Made by a program: the position numbers and the translations under genes
Shown here: positions 55,003-64,000 of the stretch, in pieces
How positions within the stretch are numbered: the first letter of the stretch is position 1
Layout of the letters: each line of letters starts with the position of its first letter
Notes under the pieces: model-generated
What the model was told of the DNA's origin: nothing
The model's input: only the letters and a program-made list of their open reading frames with translations
Database searches by the model: none
DNA from: a virus
Lineage: Duplodnaviria; Caudoviricetes
Virus record (IMG/VR): IMGVR_UViG_3300025018_000001
DNA length: 64,000 bases
Direction: 5' to 3' (one strand)

Positions 55003-55572
55003 TTATACTACCTTAAACTTATTCCAAATATTTAAATCATAATCAGCTGGGGTTTTCCCTGCTTCCTGTGCTAAAGTAAGCACTATTTTTTCTAATGTCA
55101 AGTATAATTTTTTATTACTTGGTGTATTTTTAGGTACTTCATATCCTAGTAATTTCAAATGTTTCAACATATGTGTGTCAAGACCTGCATAGGGTGCATT
55201 TTCTCTACTATGTATCAAGAAACACCTAGCAGTTTTCATACCTATACCATAGATACTTTCCAAGTCTTCAGATGTACAGGTCTTTAAATTTAACCCTGCT
55301 CTAGCTAACTGTGATAAAGTGCGTGCTTTTATATTGTGACACCCTGTTTTATTAGCTGCTAGAAAGTCAGCAAGCTGTTCAGTGGTGTAATGCATTATAG
55401 CGTCAAACGGTGGTAATGTCATACCGAAACTTTGCCAAAAACTAACCATATTATTTGTACATTCAGCAGCGCGGGTGCCATTTTTTCCCGCCGCTAGAAC
55501 CCAAAATATAATTCGTTCTTCAAGCTCAAAGTCTGTTAAGTTATAGTTAGTTATATTAGCAGCATCTATCAT
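55003..55572 (-). CDS. HhH-GPD / endonuclease III-like DNA glycosylase
   Basis: L..I.GIG.KTA.CFL...LDTH. Confidence 0.7.
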   Translation of the reverse strand: MIDAANITNYNLTDFELEERIIFWVLAAGKNGTRAAECTNNMVSFWQSFGMTLPPFDAIMHYTTEQLADFLAANKTGCHNIKARTLSQLARAGLNLKTCTSEDLESIYGIGMKTARCFLIHSRENAPYAGLDTHMLKHLKLLGYEVPKNTPSNKKLYLTLEKIVLTLAQEAGKTPADYDLNIWNKFKVV

Positions 55573-55683
55573 AATTTCTCCTTGTTTATTTAACCATCAT
55601 TATTATATAGCATGAATTATATACCACCAATTATAACACATATCGCAAGATAGTCAAGATAAAAATAAAGGAGTATAAATATT

Positions 55684-57846
55684 ATGGCAGATTATTATGT
55701 GGACTTCACCAGGGGTACTAATGGTACTGGAACTGCAGCGGCCCCATGGAATGTGTTTACCTCAACACAAAATGCAGGTGTTTCCGCTGGAGATAAGGTA
55801 TGGTTCAGACGTTGTACTGTGGCAGTCAATACTAAGGTTATTGCATTTAAAGCAGGTACTGATAACTTAAATAGAATTACTTATATAGGATGGCCTCTAG
55901 TGGGTGATGAATTTTATGATAGTAGAGAACCCACTTTACAAGCTGCTTGGGATGTTGATGGTGCTTTATGGACAATGCAATCTAATAATTCAACAACAGT
56001 ATCAGTCGCAGCAGTAGACAGTAATATTAATATACATAGATTTGATGTTTACTCAGAGTATGCTGGTAATACCACCCAAACTTGCTTTAAGATGGATGGT
56101 TTAAGTAACATTACACTGAATAATTGTAGGTCAGGTATGTACGCAGTACCTCTTAATACCTCTTATACAGCAGGACAATTCTATATAAATAATAGCAGTA
56201 ATATTAAAGTAAACAATTCTTATATAAATGGGCAATCACAAGGAAACACTGTTACTTCCAACCGGGAGCACACACTAACTATACTAAATAGTGATGTTGT
56301 ATTTACAAACTGTGATTTTATTCATGGTAGTTCAGCGGCTACTGTATGGACACAAAACTACATGTCTGCATATAGAGCCGGGTCTTTCATTCAAAACTCT
56401 AATATAAGTTTTTATGGCTGCGATTGGAAGGATCAGTTTAACATGTCAATGAGTGTGCAAGTAGTTACAGGCCCAGCACATGTTTATTATTTTGAAAATT
56501 CCCAAGTAACTATATCAGGTTGTACATATCAATCTATGAACACTGTCGGTCTACAAAGTTTAGTAGCTTATGAAAATGGTTATGGTTGGTTACCTTTCTT
56601 TAGATTTATGGGTGCCCTAACCAATGTAAATATAGCTAGTACTGATTTCTCTTCAATTACCCATAAATCTAATCCTTTGATGGTTGATGAAAATGCAAAT
56701 TTAGTTATGACCAACTGTACTTGGGATGTACTTACAGGTTTTACACAAAATGTACTTATGGGTCTATATAATGTCGGTACAATAAGTATAGATGGTGTTA
56801 CATTAACATTACCAACAGCCACGCAAGAAAATTGGAACTATTATAATTGGTTTGCCTACATAAAAGACTGGGAGGCCATTACTGACTCGGCACGTTGTAG
56901 TTTTACTAATATTACTGGATCTGGTCACTTACTCGACGTAAGTTGGGAGGCTAGTGATAAACTAACTCTTACATTAACTCCTGCAAATAGTAATATATTT
57001 GGAGTAGGCCCTTTAGTAGTTTCTCATATAGCCAATATAATAGCCGATGACTGCTCATTAAATAGTTTTATTTTTTATAATAAAATATATGTGACTAATC
57101 AAGTCGTCCCAGGAGGGTCAGCACCAACAAATACTGTAAGATGTAACAACTGTAGTTTTTATAATAAGCCCATAGTACTACACGAAAGTTATGCGGCATA
57201 TATTAAAGCCACCTTATACGGCTGTGTTGGTACAGGCACCAATATAATAGACGTTAAAACAGCATTAGCATACACATCAGACATAAAAGCTCTAAGAACT
57301 AGAGGTTTTATAGGTACCGGTAATTTGAGTGCTACAGGCGAAAATGTGTTACTACAAGTACTTAATAGTTATAATGGGGGTGTATCTTCTTATACAAATA
57401 ATATAATGAGTATATCTTCATCTAGTGTAGCTAGAGCAGGTGGTGCTGGTTATACCAACGCTATATCCAAACTCAATGCTAATGGGGTTAAACTCAGATA
57501 CCCAGCTATAGGTGAGGATTCCATTTGGGTATATTTCCCGACTGCTGGTAACTACGTAGTAACTGCTTATATGTGTTACGAGAGTATTTCAGGGGCGTTT
57601 ATTCAGGGAGATATAGATCTTGGTCTAGAAATAATGGACTCTTATTCATATCCTTTTAGGGGAGGTACCCTAAGTGAAGATGTTCTAAGTGTATGGACAG
57701 GTATAAGTGGCGCTACAAATATAACGGTATCTGATGTTGTTACTATACCTAAGCCTCAATACTGTCCTATATTTTTAAATATATACCCCTCACTTCCTGG
57801 GCAAATTATATACTTTGATCCTAAAATATTAATAACTGCTGTATAA
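55684..57846 (+). CDS. beta-helix-like virion/tail spike protein
   Basis: YYVD...G.GT...PW N-terminus; Asn/Thr/Ser-rich parallel beta-helix character. Confidence 0.6.
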   Translation: MADYYVDFTRGTNGTGTAAAPWNVFTSTQNAGVSAGDKVWFRRCTVAVNTKVIAFKAGTDNLNRITYIGWPLVGDEFYDSREPTLQAAWDVDGALWTMQSNNSTTVSVAAVDSNINIHRFDVYSEYAGNTTQTCFKMDGLSNITLNNCRSGMYAVPLNTSYTAGQFYINNSSNIKVNNSYINGQSQGNTVTSNREHTLTILNSDVVFTNCDFIHGSSAATVWTQNYMSAYRAGSFIQNSNISFYGCDWKDQFNMSMSVQVVTGPAHVYYFENSQVTISGCTYQSMNTVGLQSLVAYENGYGWLPFFRFMGALTNVNIASTDFSSITHKSNPLMVDENANLVMTNCTWDVLTGFTQNVLMGLYNVGTISIDGVTLTLPTATQENWNYYNWFAYIKDWEAITDSARCSFTNITGSGHLLDVSWEASDKLTLTLTPANSNIFGVGPLVVSHIANIIADDCSLNSFIFYNKIYVTNQVVPGGSAPTNTVRCNNCSFYNKPIVLHESYAAYIKATLYGCVGTGTNIIDVKTALAYTSDIKALRTRGFIGTGNLSATGENVLLQVLNSYNGGVSSYTNNIMSISSSSVARAGGAGYTNAISKLNANGVKLRYPAIGEDSIWVYFPTAGNYVVTAYMCYESISGAFIQGDIDLGLEIMDSYSYPFRGGTLSEDVLSVWTGISGATNITVSDVVTIPKPQYCPIFLNIYPSLPGQIIYFDPKILITAV

Positions 57847-57847
57847 T

Positions 57848-59032
57848 ATGGTAATTCATGCTTCATATCCAGTTTACTATACTCCTGATAGTACTAATAG
57901 TGGTATAGTAAACGTATATGGTCCTATAGTTCATGGGCCAACTACTTCTGGTTTTGTTGGTCCACAATTACCTGCAGGTGGTGTAGGTGCGTACTTTCCA
58001 GACGCTACAATTAACCCTATAGTGTACCTGGAACCACTTATGGGTGGGTATACTACAGGGCCAACCATAATTCCAGAGCTTTCTAAAGATTTTATACCTA
58101 GTATACAATATATTAGTGAATCAATACAAAGTACAAACAACGAGGCAGTACAACCACTAGGCTTTACATACTTTGTATATGTAGAACAAAACGTATACAC
58201 AATAGCTATTAACTTATCTGCATTTGTAAATGTAATATCTATAGAAGATATAGTAGGTTATATAACACCAACACAACAGTCCCTAGATGATTTATCAAGT
58301 TTTATTAGAAGTTCTACAAACAGTAATGAAAGTTTTGAAGCAGGTATTGGTGTTGTTGTTCCACAACTATTATTTCAAATATTTACTAAAGGTGAATTTA
58401 TTTATGCAGCCGTACAAAAAGGTATAGAGATATTTGATGTTCACACAGGTAATTCTTTATATCTAAAAGATGTTCCTTATACACGAATTAAAACCTTATG
58501 GGGTAATGATACTACTTTATACTTTGGTGGTATTGGCGGAATTTTCTCAATAGATTATGCAGATCTTCACGCCGATTTGGAAAACTCAGTTATCAGCAAT
58601 AGTTTCTCATTAAAATCAAATGTAGTAAATTATATACATGGTAGCGGTAATTCATTATTAGTATCAACAACCTCAGGAGTAGAGTATTTTAACTGGTCAG
58701 GAAATCCTGTAATTAAAAGTAGGGCTTATATAGAAAATGTTAGTAAATGTTTCTTAGTAGACGACTCAGCTTATTATATAACTAATACTACTATATCAGG
58801 GGAAACTACCTGGACGTTAAATAAAAAATATAATCTAATAACAGATTGGACCTTACCTACAGCTACATATAGTAATGGTGATACATTCACATTAAGTACT
58901 GCATTAACTGATATATTCGTAACAAAAGGGACTGCAGCGGCTGGTGGTAATACTATATTTTGTGCAACTACTAGCGGTATCTATGTTATAGACGAAGATA
59001 CAAATAATAAAGCAATATATTACACGAGGTAA
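57848..59032 (+). CDS. putative structural protein (beta-propeller-like)
   Basis: coupled ORF in tail-like island. Confidence 0.55.
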   Translation: MVIHASYPVYYTPDSTNSGIVNVYGPIVHGPTTSGFVGPQLPAGGVGAYFPDATINPIVYLEPLMGGYTTGPTIIPELSKDFIPSIQYISESIQSTNNEAVQPLGFTYFVYVEQNVYTIAINLSAFVNVISIEDIVGYITPTQQSLDDLSSFIRSSTNSNESFEAGIGVVVPQLLFQIFTKGEFIYAAVQKGIEIFDVHTGNSLYLKDVPYTRIKTLWGNDTTLYFGGIGGIFSIDYADLHADLENSVISNSFSLKSNVVNYIHGSGNSLLVSTTSGVEYFNWSGNPVIKSRAYIENVSKCFLVDDSAYYITNTTISGETTWTLNKKYNLITDWTLPTATYSNGDTFTLSTALTDIFVTKGTAAAGGNTIFCATTSGIYVIDEDTNNKAIYYTR

Positions 59033-59034
59033 TA

Positions 59035-61017
59035 ATGGCCGATATAATGAATTGGGACAAGACTAAAATATTAAAGTTCAGTATAGACAATACCTTGATA
59101 GACGAAGAACTTACTGATTTTCCTGTACTTCTAAATATAAGTGAGACTGCAGGGATAAATAGGTTTGACTGTTCGCCTTTATTCAATAACTTAATGGATG
59201 CGACCGGTAAAGATGATACTTCTAACTATAGTCTTATACTTAATTTTGAAAATGGTTTTGTAGATCTTTCTGAACAAGAACTGCTTATTTCCTCTGGTGG
59301 TACTCCTGGGTTAACTTCCGGCATATCAAAATTCGGTAACAAAGCTTTATCACTGAATGGGGCTTCTTGGCTAATAGTAAACATGACTGATGCGTTAGTG
59401 CCAGGAACGGGTGATTTTACCATTCATAGTTGGTACTACGTAAGTGCTATTACAACTTACATACCCTTCTTTTACTTAGGATTTTACACTCTAGGTATAT
59501 TTTTATATTACAATGGAGGGAAACTAACATGTATTGTAAATGGTACGATTATAAATGACACTACTGTAGCATTACCTTTAAGCAGTTGGTTCCATATAGC
59601 TTTAGTAATTAGTTCATCCATGATAATGATATTTCTAAACGGGGTACAACAAGGCACTGCTTACGGACCTTACATGAGTGGTATAGTTCCAACTAATCCC
59701 TTGTTAATAGGTAAAGATGAGGGGTATGCTAATTCATATTTCACAGGTTATATAGATGAATTTATTATTGTAAAAGGGGAAGCTTTGTGGACAACAAACT
59801 TTACGCCACCCTCAACAGGTATAAACCCTGCTAAACTAGAAATTAAAAAAATAGCAGCCATCTACCCAAGTGTACAAGAACATTGGGTAGATGGTGTTTT
59901 AAAGAACTACATACACGGTAGTACAGATGAATTATTCTGTGAAATAGAAAGTTATAGTTCAACAAATAAATCAATACAATTGTGGGTTAAAGTACCTAAA
60001 GTATTAGTAGACCAACCAACAGATATATTATTATATTATGATATAACTCAAGAAGATAACAACGACTATGTGGGGTTTACTAAGGAATACCCAGCCACAC
60101 AAGTTTGGACAAATAACTATGCAGCTGTTTACCATATGGCACAAATACCCCAAGCTGGCCTAACTAGTACACTGGATTCAACAAGTAATGCCAATCATGG
60201 TGTACCTTATTCACTTCTTACTACAGATAGAGTTGCTGGTTTAATAGGCTATGCTATAAATTTTGATGGTGCAAATGATCATATTAACGTGCCTAATCAT
60301 ACTTCATTAATGTTAACAGGCAGCTTGACTATGGAAGCCTTTGCAAAAGTTTTGGATAACGGTACTGCTAGAGGTTTAATGCTGAAGGGTGTAATATCTA
60401 GCTGGGGTGATTACCATTTATCAAGATCAGGAGTAGATGATAAAAGTATGTTTGTACTTAATAAAAGCTCTTCTAGTGATAATGGTACAGGTAGAATAAC
60501 AGGGGGTCCTATATATAAAGATGAGTGGTTCAGTCTTAGCGCAGTATATGACAAGTCATCTCAGTATTTATTTACAGATGGTATTGTGACTGCGTCTGGG
60601 ACTTTTACCTCAGACGTTACTACAGATACTAACTCCTTATTTTTAGGTAGGTCCTATAATGCTTATTTTTATGGTCCTATACAAAGTTTAATATTGTCTA
60701 ACACAGCTAGAAGTGCTGCTTGGATAAAAGCAGGAAGTTATATGCAAAGAGATGCGCTAATAAATATAGATTTAGGTAAACGATATAAGATATCTGGGCA
60801 TGTAGCAGCTTTTGGTTCCCCTGTAAGAAGAACTATTTTTCTATATGATAGGGTGTCAGGAGTATTACTAGATAAGATTATTTCCGATGATGCTGGTTAT
60901 TACACTTTATATGCAAATACAGGTGACAGGTATAACGTAGTATGCTTAGATGATGACACAGGTATGGATTTAAGTGATATACTTATAAGCAAAATAGTTC
61001 CAGTGGAGGTAGTATAG
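59035..61017 (+). CDS. LamG/concanavalin and DUF2341-like domain tail protein
   Basis: LTDFPVLL, GDFTI..W, W.H.A, WVKVP, R...W.KA motifs. Confidence 0.7.
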   Translation: MADIMNWDKTKILKFSIDNTLIDEELTDFPVLLNISETAGINRFDCSPLFNNLMDATGKDDTSNYSLILNFENGFVDLSEQELLISSGGTPGLTSGISKFGNKALSLNGASWLIVNMTDALVPGTGDFTIHSWYYVSAITTYIPFFYLGFYTLGIFLYYNGGKLTCIVNGTIINDTTVALPLSSWFHIALVISSSMIMIFLNGVQQGTAYGPYMSGIVPTNPLLIGKDEGYANSYFTGYIDEFIIVKGEALWTTNFTPPSTGINPAKLEIKKIAAIYPSVQEHWVDGVLKNYIHGSTDELFCEIESYSSTNKSIQLWVKVPKVLVDQPTDILLYYDITQEDNNDYVGFTKEYPATQVWTNNYAAVYHMAQIPQAGLTSTLDSTSNANHGVPYSLLTTDRVAGLIGYAINFDGANDHINVPNHTSLMLTGSLTMEAFAKVLDNGTARGLMLKGVISSWGDYHLSRSGVDDKSMFVLNKSSSSDNGTGRITGGPIYKDEWFSLSAVYDKSSQYLFTDGIVTASGTFTSDVTTDTNSLFLGRSYNAYFYGPIQSLILSNTARSAAWIKAGSYMQRDALINIDLGKRYKISGHVAAFGSPVRRTIFLYDRVSGVLLDKIISDDAGYYTLYANTGDRYNVVCLDDDTGMDLSDILISKIVPVEVV

Positions 61018-61018
61018 T

Positions 61019-61357
61019 ATGGAATGGGTGCCAGGACTGTCAGGCGAAAATTTAGATATTGTATTTTCAGAAGAAGATATTAGGGAAATACGCACTGAAT
61101 ATAACTTTGACTTTTTACAAAGCCCCGATAGTGTTTATATACTAAAGGATGCTAATGTATTTTCATCTATATATGCAGACCCAGACGCCTCATTAACTAA
61201 TGGTAGTTTTTATATAGGAACGAATAAAAGCCTGACAATAGTAAAAGTTACTAATGGTCAGGCTTTTATAAAAGATTACTATAGTAATACAATTTCAGGT
61301 TCCACAGGTGCAGCACTCATAAATGACACTGCTGTGGATGTGGTGGTTAATTTTTAA
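61019..61357 (+). CDS. hypothetical structural protein
   Basis: coupled ORF. Confidence 0.55.
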   Translation: MEWVPGLSGENLDIVFSEEDIREIRTEYNFDFLQSPDSVYILKDANVFSSIYADPDASLTNGSFYIGTNKSLTIVKVTNGQAFIKDYYSNTISGSTGAALINDTAVDVVVNF

Positions 61358-61581
61358 CCTAGCAACCAGCTAAAGAAACTTCCTGATTCTTTTGGCATAT
61401 CTTCAGGATTTCTATTAGCCCTCTCTATTGCATCATTTATTTGGTCTATTGTAAATAGTGCAGGAACTTCATTTCCATCTACCCTAATAATGTATGAAGG
61501 GTAATAAGAAGGACAGCTGCCAAATTTACGGTCCATATTATCAACTTGCTCCTCCATATAAATCTTAGAATCTACTTTCAT
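61354..61581 (-). CDS. hypothetical protein
   Basis: GAGG SD. Confidence 0.6.
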   Translation of the reverse strand: MKVDSKIYMEEQVDNMDRKFGSCPSYYPSYIIRVDGNEVPALFTIDQINDAIERANRNPEDMPKESGSFFSWLLG

Positions 61582-61591
61582 AATTACCTCG

Positions 61592-62662
61592 TTAATTATA
61601 TTTGGCTACAATTTTAGCAATAGCTTTCAAGTCATTCTCGAAATCAGGTGCTATATAAACAACTTTTTCCAAAGAACCATAATGAGTTTCTAAGCAATTA
61701 ATTAAAAGTTCCTTAATTTTGGCCTCATTAGGTTTGTACTGAAGAGTACTTTTAGCATATAATTCCTCCAGCTGCTTTTCTTTACTTTCAAAATAATCTG
61801 ATATTTGCTGTAGTGTCCACTCACCCCGCCGTATAGATTTAAGTTGTTCGTTATTCCTCTGTAAGTCTATGTCATGTTCAACTAGTATTTGTTCACATTC
61901 AGAAAGTAATCTTACTATGTGATAAGAAAATTTAGAATCATAGCCTAAAATCTTACTACCTATAGCTCTTTTACCAGCAAGCGAAAATAAGTTATTATAA
62001 TTCTTTAGTTGATCGTCTGTTAAATAACCTAAAAAAGACTTTCCTCTATTTGCAAGTTCAAATTCTACATCATGTATATCTGTAGATTTAGGTATAGCAA
62101 ATTCAATCTCATAGTCAATTAACTCTTGTAAACCTTTTGGGTCTTTTATATTCATCTTATGCATCTGTGAATAAGCGTATCCTTTAAACTTATGAAAGGC
62201 ACCTCTATGCAAAAATAACTTCCTATTCTCTCTTACAAGTTCACTAATAGCAGTACTATGTAAAATACATGTCCTAGGCACAAACAAGGAATCAATCATA
62301 TTGGGATTATTATCCATACATAATTGGAAATATTTAACAATACTAAAAATAGAGAAGTCATACTCCTTATCAGAAGAAGCATCTTTTATATGGTGTTGCT
62401 GCCATTGGTCAAACCTGGGTGAGGGTTTTCCAAAACCAGCTATATCACCAGCTAAATGTGGAAATACTTGGTCTTTTGGTGGTAGACAAAAACCATAAAT
62501 GTCAATATCACTACCTAAATTTGCAACACCATAAGCCACCGACCCCATATAGGTAGCATACATAACATTATCAAGTAAAAACTTAGGTGCTGTAAGTTTA
62601 CCTAGCTTATTTAATTTCTTTAATAACTCCATAAGACCTCCAAAAACAAGAGTTCTAAACAA
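61592..62662 (-). CDS. Pol-beta superfamily nucleotidyltransferase (RlaP/Nuc-transf type)
   Basis: GS.AYG....SD.D..G, NPN..D.LF, F.GYA..Q, GYD.KF.YH..RL. Confidence 0.85.
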   Translation of the reverse strand: MFRTLVFGGLMELLKKLNKLGKLTAPKFLLDNVMYATYMGSVAYGVANLGSDIDIYGFCLPPKDQVFPHLAGDIAGFGKPSPRFDQWQQHHIKDASSDKEYDFSIFSIVKYFQLCMDNNPNMIDSLFVPRTCILHSTAISELVRENRKLFLHRGAFHKFKGYAYSQMHKMNIKDPKGLQELIDYEIEFAIPKSTDIHDVEFELANRGKSFLGYLTDDQLKNYNNLFSLAGKRAIGSKILGYDSKFSYHIVRLLSECEQILVEHDIDLQRNNEQLKSIRRGEWTLQQISDYFESKEKQLEELYAKSTLQYKPNEAKIKELLINCLETHYGSLEKVVYIAPDFENDLKAIAKIVAKYN

Positions 62663-62702
62663 ACATAGTTTAGAACTCTAATTACTTTAGCATAGTAAAA
62701 TT

Positions 62703-63065
62703 TTACTTCTTACTTTTATTAAAATTGAAACCACGTTTAACTTCTTTAACTTCTTCTTTAGCTGGTTTAGGTTCCACCTTAACTTCCTCAACCTTAACTT
62801 CTTCAACAACAGGCTCTACTACAGTCTCTACTACAGGTTCAACAACCTCTGGTACTACTTGTTCAGCAGTACTGATCATTAAGTCAGCTTCTTTTATTGA
62901 TGTTTCAATGTAAGGTTTCATAGCAGTCATAATTTTTTTAGCATAACTTCTTGACTTAGCTACAGAACCAAGATCATCATCTTCACACCATTTATTGCCA
63001 AGTGTTTCAAACTCTTTTACATACGTCATAATTTCTTTAAAAATTTTCTTAGATACTTTTTCCAT
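62703..63065 (-). CDS. hypothetical protein with Glu/Val/Pro-rich low-complexity tail
   Basis: EPVVETVVEPVVEEVKVEEVKVE. Confidence 0.65.
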   Translation of the reverse strand: MEKVSKKIFKEIMTYVKEFETLGNKWCEDDDLGSVAKSRSYAKKIMTAMKPYIETSIKEADLMISTAEQVVPEVVEPVVETVVEPVVEEVKVEEVKVEPKPAKEEVKEVKRGFNFNKSKK

Positions 63066-63085
63066 GATGGCTCCTTATATTTATT

Positions 63086-63376
63086 TTAGTCAGTCACATT
63101 AGCTCTGAAATTAGCCAAGCAATCTGGGGTCACACTTTGGCTAACGGCTTGTACGTAAGCATTCTTAGATGCCTCTTTTTGGGTCTTTTTATATTCTTTC
63201 CTTGTCCTTATATTATAGGGTACATAAATAGCTTCCATTTTATTAGGCTTTTTAACCTTTTCAGGGGCATACGAAAATAGCTCACATAATCTAGATTTAT
63301 TTTGAGCAACTTTATTACCTTTGACTAAACATATAATACCATCCGTATTTTCACAAACTTTACATCTTACTTTCAT
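63086..63376 (-). CDS. hypothetical protein
   Basis: CKVC..C..C. Confidence 0.6.
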   Translation of the reverse strand: MKVRCKVCENTDGIICLVKGNKVAQNKSRLCELFSYAPEKVKKPNKMEAIYVPYNIRTRKEYKKTQKEASKNAYVQAVSQSVTPDCLANFRANVTD

Positions 63377-63392
63377 AATATCTCTCCTTTAG

Positions 63393-63776
63393 TTACCAAG
63401 AAACACACATATCTCTTATTTCATCTGTACAACCCCAGTAGTCAATATCAATTTTTCCCATATCTACATCCCTAGAATCACACTCAACCTTAAACCCTTT
63501 AGCTCTTAGCTCTTTCTTTATAGCATCCATATAACTACTATTTAGTGTACATACATCTAAGTAAGAACCACCATATGTAATATGCCGTATCCCAGAAGAG
63601 GCTGCTTTTTTAATATCCTTATCTAGATTTTTTCTAATGTGTTCTGATAAACTAGTAGCTTGCATTTTCAATACATTCTGATGCTGTTCTTCTTTTTTCT
63701 TCTTTTCGGCCCAACGTTTTTTATTTATAGCCTCAGTGGTTTTGTTTGTTAATCTTTGAGCACTTTTTGCATCCAT
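63393..63776 (-). CDS. hypothetical protein
   Basis: GAGG SD. Confidence 0.6.
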   Translation of the reverse strand: MDAKSAQRLTNKTTEAINKKRWAEKKKKEEQHQNVLKMQATSLSEHIRKNLDKDIKKAASSGIRHITYGGSYLDVCTLNSSYMDAIKKELRAKGFKVECDSRDVDMGKIDIDYWGCTDEIRDMCVSW

Positions 63777-63788
63777 ATAGTTACCTCG

Positions 63789-63974
63789 CTAGTTAAGATA
63801 AAAAAATTCACAACAAGGGTACTTTCTTCCCTTGTCGTCTAAAGGTTCTTCCCAATTAGATGGATCTGAGTTTTCATGATCACCGTCTTTAGGTTCCATA
63901 TTACAACTACATCCTCTCGGTACACAATCATCACAATAAAAGTCATTTGTTTCTGGACCTTCATGGCTTGGCAT
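63789..63974 (-). CDS. Cys-rich hypothetical protein
   Basis: YCDDCVPRGCSCN..PCCEF. Confidence 0.55.
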   Translation of the reverse strand: MPSHEGPETNDFYCDDCVPRGCSCNMEPKDGDHENSDPSNWEEPLDDKGRKYPCCEFFYLN

Positions 63975-64000
63975 ATATACCCAAACTGCTATTCTACCAC

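Noticed and set aside
1-64000. CRISPR array, reverse transcriptase/DGR, integrase or IS element
   Set aside because: No regularly spaced repeats and no RT, recombinase or transposase motifs seen; the TACTTC repeats are irregular and sit inside structured RNAs.
1-64000. Genome-wide amber recoding (code 15)
   Set aside because: Many long genes are uninterrupted under code 11 and some end at TAG with a new SD/start right after.

Overview
AT-rich, gene-dense 64 kb segment that reads as the accessory region of a large (jumbo-type) tailed phage. Evidence: many short ORFs, about 14 ordinary tRNAs, HNH nucleases, a Rad52-like annealase, consensus sigma70 promoters and tail-like genes. Genes run on + from 1 to 24.3 kb and on - from 24.5 to 64 kb, except for a + strand structural island at 55.7-61.4 kb. 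A PEP-CTERM protein and a secreted pentaheme cytochrome c suggest an anaerobic Gram-negative host such as Desulfobacterota (inference). The region is rich in functions that could counter translation-targeting and NAD-depleting immunity: Ro60/Rsr, two RNA ligases, a Pol-beta nucleotidyltransferase, two Pth2-like hydrolases, Map, Smr, Nampt + Nmnat-Nudix + Prs, a macrodomain and three HD hydrolases. The most striking signal is a family of seven RNAs around the ro60 gene. They share a fixed-length two-strand module (22-nt YRGTGWW-N9-TACTTC plus 9-nt GYNWRTTCY) with covarying helices. The module occurs in two circularly permuted topologies: inserted into the anticodon arm of four otherwise normal tRNA bodies, or free-standing and carrying only a small anticodon-like stem-loop. 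Other highlights: an RlmN-like radical SAM enzyme whose ACGQL catalytic-Cys segment is encoded as a separate peptide 1.2 kb downstream and which lacks the resolving Cys; and an amber-suppressor tRNA next to Pth genes preceded by an amber/Pro-stop leader ORF. All calls come from motif recognition by eye; no searches were run.
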